The notes under the pieces were generated by a model that did no database searches, was not told the origin of the DNA, and was given only the letters and a program-made list of their open reading frames with translations. Shown here in pieces: positions 59,503 through 64,000 of a stretch of DNA of 64,000 nt. The stretch is from assembly GCA_963827655.1 (NCBI GenBank), contig CAWHCF010000029.1:32001-96000 (forward strand). Direction: 5' to 3'. Origin of the DNA: an uncultured Acidobacteriota bacterium (GTDB taxonomy: Bacteria > Acidobacteriota > UBA6911). Each line of letters starts with the position of its first letter. Positions within the stretch are counted from its first letter, which is position 1. The translations under genes were made by a program, and so were the position numbers.

Positions 59503-61098
59503 ATGAATCTTCCTCTCACTCCCCTTCGATTCAAACGCCGCGCTGCGCACCTGTACCGCAGGAAACTTGGTGTGGTGTGCGGTGCGTCACGTTTCACCTA
59601 CGGCGAATTCGTCCAGCGCTGCGACCGGCTAGCCCATGCGCTCCTCTCCCTCGGGGTTCATTCAGGGGACCGGGTAGCCTTCCTGGCGTATAACTGCCAC
59701 CGGCTGCTGGAAGCCTACTACGGCGTCGTTCAAATGGGTGGCGTTCTCCTTCCCCTGAACATTCGCCTCTCGAGGGAAGATTTCATTTACATTCTCAACG
59801 ATTCTGAGACCCGGGTTTTGTTCTTCGACACCGAATTCAGGGACGTCGTCGACCAGATGCGCTCACAGCTCAAAACCGTGGAGTTTTTCGTCCCCCTCGA
59901 TGCTCCCGTGCGTGATGGCTGGGCGGCGCCCAAGACCTATGATCAACTGCTGGAACAAGCGGATGCGACTCCGTTTGAGGAGATCGAGCCGGATGAGGAT
60001 GAAGTCGCGGAGATTTTTTACACCAGCGGCACTACGGCGAACCCGAAGGGCGTGATGCTTACTCATCGAAATCTTTACTTGCATGCGCTGACCGCAATCT
60101 GCGGGCTCGGGCTGCGAGACAGCGACGTTCAATTGCACACGATCCCTCTGTTCCATGTCAACGGATGGGGGACGCCGCAAAGTCTTACCTGTGTGGGTGG
60201 CACCCATGTCATGATCAAGAAGTTTGATCCGCCTGTCGTGCTGGAGATGATGGAGAGGGAAAAGGTGACCCTGCTGGCGATGGTGCCCACCATGGCCACC
60301 GCGCTGCTCAACCATCCCGCCCTGCCAGACCACACCTACTCCAGTCTCCGGATGCTCAATGTCGGCGGCGCGGCGCCTTCGGTCGAGATGATCAAGAAGC
60401 TGGAGGAAGCCTTCGGCGCCCCTTGTTATACCGGTTACGGGTTGACGGAAACCTCCCCTCTCCTGACTCTGGCCACGATCAAATCCACACTGGGCAGTCT
60501 TGATGAACCGGAGCGGCGGCGCAGGCAGGCCATGACCGGGTGGCCTCAGGTTGGAATTGAGCTGAGAGTGGTAGATGAAAGCGATCGGGACGTAAAACCG
60601 GATGGGCAGGAAATAGGGGAAGTGATTGCGCGCGGTGACAGCGTCATGAAAGGGTACTGGAGACAACCGGATGAAACCGCCAGGGCCATGCGGGGCGGCT
60701 GGTTTCGTACGGGCGACATGGCGACCGTGGACGACGAAGGCTACATTCTCATTGTCGATCGAAAGAAGGACATTATCATCAGCGGCGGGGAGAACATTGC
60801 CTCAATCGAAATCGAAAAATGCCTCTCGGCCCACCCGTCGGTCCTTGAGTGCGCCGTCATAGCCGTACCCGATTCGAAGTGGGGAGAGGTGCCCAAGGCC
60901 CTGGTTGTCTTGAAGGAAGGGGCCGAGGCAACGGAGCGGGAGCTCCTGGATTTCTGCAAGATGCGGCTGGCCGGTTACAAGTGCCCCCGTTCCATCGATT
61001 TCTATGATCTGTTGCCCAAAGGGGGGACGGGGAAGATCCTCAAGAAGACGCTTCGGGAAAAATACTGGGTCGGTGAGGAAAAGCGAGTCCATGGATGA
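59503..61098 (+). CDS. Long-chain/medium-chain fatty acid--CoA ligase (ANL superfamily)
   Basis: YTSGTTANPKG, PLFHVNGW, YGLTET, WFRTGD, DRKKDIIISGGENI, PKGGTGKI. Confidence 0.93.
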   Translation: MNLPLTPLRFKRRAAHLYRRKLGVVCGASRFTYGEFVQRCDRLAHALLSLGVHSGDRVAFLAYNCHRLLEAYYGVVQMGGVLLPLNIRLSREDFIYILNDSETRVLFFDTEFRDVVDQMRSQLKTVEFFVPLDAPVRDGWAAPKTYDQLLEQADATPFEEIEPDEDEVAEIFYTSGTTANPKGVMLTHRNLYLHALTAICGLGLRDSDVQLHTIPLFHVNGWGTPQSLTCVGGTHVMIKKFDPPVVLEMMEREKVTLLAMVPTMATALLNHPALPDHTYSSLRMLNVGGAAPSVEMIKKLEEAFGAPCYTGYGLTETSPLLTLATIKSTLGSLDEPERRRRQAMTGWPQVGIELRVVDESDRDVKPDGQEIGEVIARGDSVMKGYWRQPDETARAMRGGWFRTGDMATVDDEGYILIVDRKKDIIISGGENIASIEIEKCLSAHPSVLECAVIAVPDSKWGEVPKALVVLKEGAEATERELLDFCKMRLAGYKCPRSIDFYDLLPKGGTGKILKKTLREKYWVGEEKRVHG

Positions 61099-61124
61099 CG
61101 AAGACGCCGCACTCGGGGTGCCCA

Positions 61125-61153
61125 TTTACACGACTTGACTTCATTGCTATATT
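61125..61153 (+). promoter_or_regulatory. Putative sigma70 promoter of the cysM-mec-Ubl/moeB operon
   Basis: TTTACA-17 nt-TATATT with an extended TG at -10. It overlaps a TTGACTT direct repeat. Confidence 0.55.
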
Positions 61154-61233
61154 GACTTGGCTTACAAATGAGGCGTCGGAGCCTCCCTGAAGGACGCGTG
61201 CAGCCTTGAGCATCAAGGATAAATGTAGAAACC

Positions 61234-62175
61234 ATGGCTCATCGCTTGAAGGTTCCAGATACCGAACTTCCGTCCGACGTACTGTCGCGCATCGGAAACA
61301 CCCCTCTCCTTCGTCTTAGCAAAATCACGAGAGATCTGCCGGAAGCCGTCACTCTGCTTGCGAAAGCCGAATGGTTTAATCCCGGAGGCTCGGTCAAGGA
61401 TCGTCCGGCACTCAGCATGATCCTCGACGGAGAACGGACCGGGAAGCTGACCCCCGGAAAGGTGATTCTCGACGCGACCTCGGGAAACACCGGAATCGCA
61501 TATGCCATGATCGGGGCGGCCCGCGGGTACCGCGTGCGGCTCTGCATAGCCGCCAACGTGAGCCCCGAGCGAAAAAGTATCCTGCGGGCTTATGGAGCGG
61601 AGCTTACCTACACGGACCCCAGCGAGAGCTCCGACGGCGCCATTCGAAAAGCTCGTGAACTTTACGCTCAATCTCCGGATGTATTTTTCTACCCGGATCA
61701 ATACAACAACGACGCGAACTGGCGAGCTCATTTCGAAATGACCGGGCCCGAAATCTACCGGCAGACAAACGAAGAAGTGACTCATTTTGTGGCCGGCCTG
61801 GGTACGAGTGGAACCTTTGTGGGAACGTCGCGGTTCCTGAAGTCGGTCAATCCCCGTATTGAAGTCATCTCCTTTCAACCGGACTCGGGATTTCATGGTC
61901 TCGAGGGCTTGAAGCATATGGAGACCGCAATCGTGCCGGGGATTTACGACCCGAGTGTCGCCGACCGCAGTCTGGCCGTGGATACGGATGAAGCGTACGC
62001 CATGGCCCGCCGGCTGGCGCGTGAAGAGGGTTTGCTGGTCGGTATTTCATCGGGCGCGGCTGCCGTGTGCGCGCTCAAGATCGCCCGCGAGTTGAAGGAA
62101 GGAGTTGTGACCACGATATTTCCCGATAGCGGTGACAAGTATCTGAGCCAGCGTTTCTGGACCGAGGAAGAATGA
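61234..62175 (+). CDS. cysM: PLP-dependent cysteine synthase (CysM-like, probably sulfur-carrier dependent)
   Basis: IGNTPL, NPGGSVKDR, TSGNTG, QYNN, GTSGT, GISSGA, PDSG.KYLS. Operonic with mec and the CysO-like gene. Confidence 0.88.
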   Translation: MAHRLKVPDTELPSDVLSRIGNTPLLRLSKITRDLPEAVTLLAKAEWFNPGGSVKDRPALSMILDGERTGKLTPGKVILDATSGNTGIAYAMIGAARGYRVRLCIAANVSPERKSILRAYGAELTYTDPSESSDGAIRKARELYAQSPDVFFYPDQYNNDANWRAHFEMTGPEIYRQTNEEVTHFVAGLGTSGTFVGTSRFLKSVNPRIEVISFQPDSGFHGLEGLKHMETAIVPGIYDPSVADRSLAVDTDEAYAMARRLAREEGLLVGISSGAAAVCALKIARELKEGVVTTIFPDSGDKYLSQRFWTEEE

Positions 62176-62594
62176 GCTTGATGATTTCCGATCAACTGCT
62201 CGAGAGTATTCGCGAGCACGGGAAAAGGGCCTACCCGAATGAATGCTGCGGTGTTCTGCTCGGGCGGATGGAGAATAGCCGCAAGTCAGTCGTCGAACTC
62301 AGGCCGATGGAAAACGCGCGCGAGGACTCGCCGCGCAACCGCTATCTCATTTCTCCTCGAGACCTGCTGGAGGCGGAGAAAGCCGCGCGCGCTCTCGGGC
62401 TGGACATTGTCGGGGTGTATCACTCTCATCCGGATCACCCGGCTCGCCCCTCCGAATTCGATCGGGAGCACGCGTTCCCGTGGTACTCGTACATCATCGT
62501 CAGCGTGCGCGGCGGTGAACCTCTCGATTTGACTTCCTGGACTCTAAGAGATGATCGGTCGGCTTTCGATGCCGAGGATTTGAATAGTTCATAA
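62172..62594 (+). CDS. mec: JAB/MPN (M67) metallopeptidase, Mec-like
   Basis: YPNECCG and the JAMM motif YHSHPDHPARPSEFD. ATGA overlap with cysM. Confidence 0.9.
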   Translation: MSLMISDQLLESIREHGKRAYPNECCGVLLGRMENSRKSVVELRPMENAREDSPRNRYLISPRDLLEAEKAARALGLDIVGVYHSHPDHPARPSEFDREHAFPWYSYIIVSVRGGEPLDLTSWTLRDDRSAFDAEDLNSS

Positions 62595-62611
62595 CAGGCA
62601 AGGAGCATCTT

Positions 62612-64000
62612 ATGACTGTCAAGGTTCACATACCCACGCCGTTGCGTCAGTACGCCGGACAGAGCGCGACCCTTAGCGTGGAGGGCAATACGGTCGGCGA
62701 GGCGCTGGGAAAGATCACCTCACAATTCCCCGATCTGAAAAAGCAGCTTTACGGCGACGGAGGAAAGCTGCGCAGCTTCGTCAACATTTATGTCAATGAT
62801 GAGGACGTGCGCTACCTTCAGAAGGATGAGACACCTCTGAAAGAGAATGACGAGTTGAGAATCATTCCCTCGATCGCGGGCGGCAGCGCGACGCTACACG
62901 AAGGGGTGAGTCTCGATCAAACCGAGGTCCTGCGTTACAGCCGGCACCTGATCATGCCCGAGGTCGGCATGGAGGGCCAATTAAAGCTTAAAGCCGGGAA
63001 GGTTCTCACGATCGGGGCCGGGGGACTGGGTTCCCCGCTGGCCCTTTATCTCGCCGCGGCCGGCGTGGGCCGGATTGGAATCGTTGACTTTGACGTGGTC
63101 GATTTGACCAACCTGCAGAGACAGGTTTTGCATTCTACCGCGACCGTGGGCAAGTCGAAGCTTGCCTCGGCGAAGGAACGCCTCCAGGCGCTGAACCCGG
63201 GGGTTCAGATCGATCTTCACGAGACCAGATTGACTTCCGAAAATGCGCTTGAAATTCTACGGGACTACGACATCGTGGTTGACGGCACCGACAATTTTCC
63301 TACCCGCTATCTCGTGAATGACGCCTGCGTGCTGTCGGGCAAGCCGAACGTCTACGGCAGTATCTTCCGGTTCGAGGGGCAGGCATCGGTCTTCGGTATG
63401 CCGGGAGGCCCGTGCTATCGGTGCCTCTACCCGGAGCCGCCACCGGCCGGACTGGTCCCGAGTTGCGCGGAAGGGGGCGTGCTTGGAATTCTTCCTGGCA
63501 TAATCGGAGTGATCCAGGCGACCGAAACAGTCAAGTTGCTGCTCGGAGCGGGAGAGCCGCTGGTCGGGCGCCTACTCCTCTTTGACGCGCTCCAGATGCG
63601 CTTCCGCGAGCTGAGACTGCGCAAAGACCCGCAGTGCCCGATCTGCGGCGAGCATCGGACGATCCATAAGCTCATCGACTACAACCAATTCTGCGGCATT
63701 TCTACCGAACCGCAGGAAAAGCTGCCCAGCGATTGGGAAATCGATCCAGTGCAGTTGAAGGCAATGCTGGACAAGGGCGAGCCGCTTTACCTGCTCGATG
63801 TGCGTGAGCCCCACGAATGGCAAATCTGCCAGATTCCTGACGCCCACTTGATCCCGCTGGGGCAGCTGGCCTCGCGGATGAATCAGCTCAACAGCGCGGA
63901 CAACATTGTCGCGTACTGCCGCAGCGGCGTGCGCAGCGGGAAGGCAGTCGACCTGTTGAGAAAATCCGGCTTTCAGAAGATCAAGAACTTGACCGGCGGG
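62612..64000 (+). CDS. moeB: Fusion of a MoaD/ThiS (CysO-like) sulfur carrier, MoeB/E1 adenylyltransferase and rhodanese (MoeZ-like); 3'-truncated and absent from the ORF track
   Basis: Translated by eye: MTVKVHIPTPLRQY...FVNIYVNDEDVRYL...IIPSIAGG, then in frame RYSRHLIMPEVG..GQ..L...IGAGGLGSP, NLQRQ, DGTDNF, CYRC, SCAEGG, CPIC, LDVREPHEW...YCRSGVRS. AAGGAG SD. Confidence 0.92.
   Translation, partial: MTVKVHIPTPLRQYAGQSATLSVEGNTVGEALGKITSQFPDLKKQLYGDGGKLRSFVNIYVNDEDVRYLQKDETPLKENDELRIIPSIAGGSATLHEGVSLDQTEVLRYSRHLIMPEVGMEGQLKLKAGKVLTIGAGGLGSPLALYLAAAGVGRIGIVDFDVVDLTNLQRQVLHSTATVGKSKLASAKERLQALNPGVQIDLHETRLTSENALEILRDYDIVVDGTDNFPTRYLVNDACVLSGKPNVYGSIFRFEGQASVFGMPGGPCYRCLYPEPPPAGLVPSCAEGGVLGILPGIIGVIQATETVKLLLGAGEPLVGRLLLFDALQMRFRELRLRKDPQCPICGEHRTIHKLIDYNQFCGISTEPQEKLPSDWEIDPVQLKAMLDKGEPLYLLDVREPHEWQICQIPDAHLIPLGQLASRMNQLNSADNIVAYCRSGVRSGKAVDLLRKSGFQKIKNLTGG

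Noticed and set aside
61168-61209. Short ORF MRRRSLPEGRVQP upstream of cysM as a leader peptide
   Set aside because: No Cys or Met run and no downstream terminator.

Overview
GC-rich, gene-dense bacterial chromosomal segment. The signal-peptide VWA proteins and the Oar-like TonB-dependent receptors suggest Acidobacteriota, which is an inference. No rRNA, tRNA, CRISPR array, prophage or transposase was seen. Main content in order: a large secreted TPR/VWA gene pair; a split siroheme synthase (cysG-B/sirC + cobA) preceded by an unannotated Cys-rich leader peptide with classical attenuator geometry; an F420 cluster (npdG-cofD-cofC-cofE plus a PPOX-class F420 oxidoreductase); a FadE24/FadE23-like acyl-CoA dehydrogenase pair; many exported hydrolases; two coiled-coil methyltransferases; three TonB-dependent receptors; leuCD; a Ser/Thr kinase; and a cysM-mec-(CysO-like Ubl::MoeB::rhodanese fusion) operon running off the right end. 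Intergenic DNA carries three copies of a MITE and many period-7 and period-8 short repeats. Three genes each carry a single +1 frameshift, most simply explained as assembly error. The best candidates for novelty are the cysteine attenuator, the Ubl-E1 polyprotein with its JAB protease, and the TPR/VWA pair.
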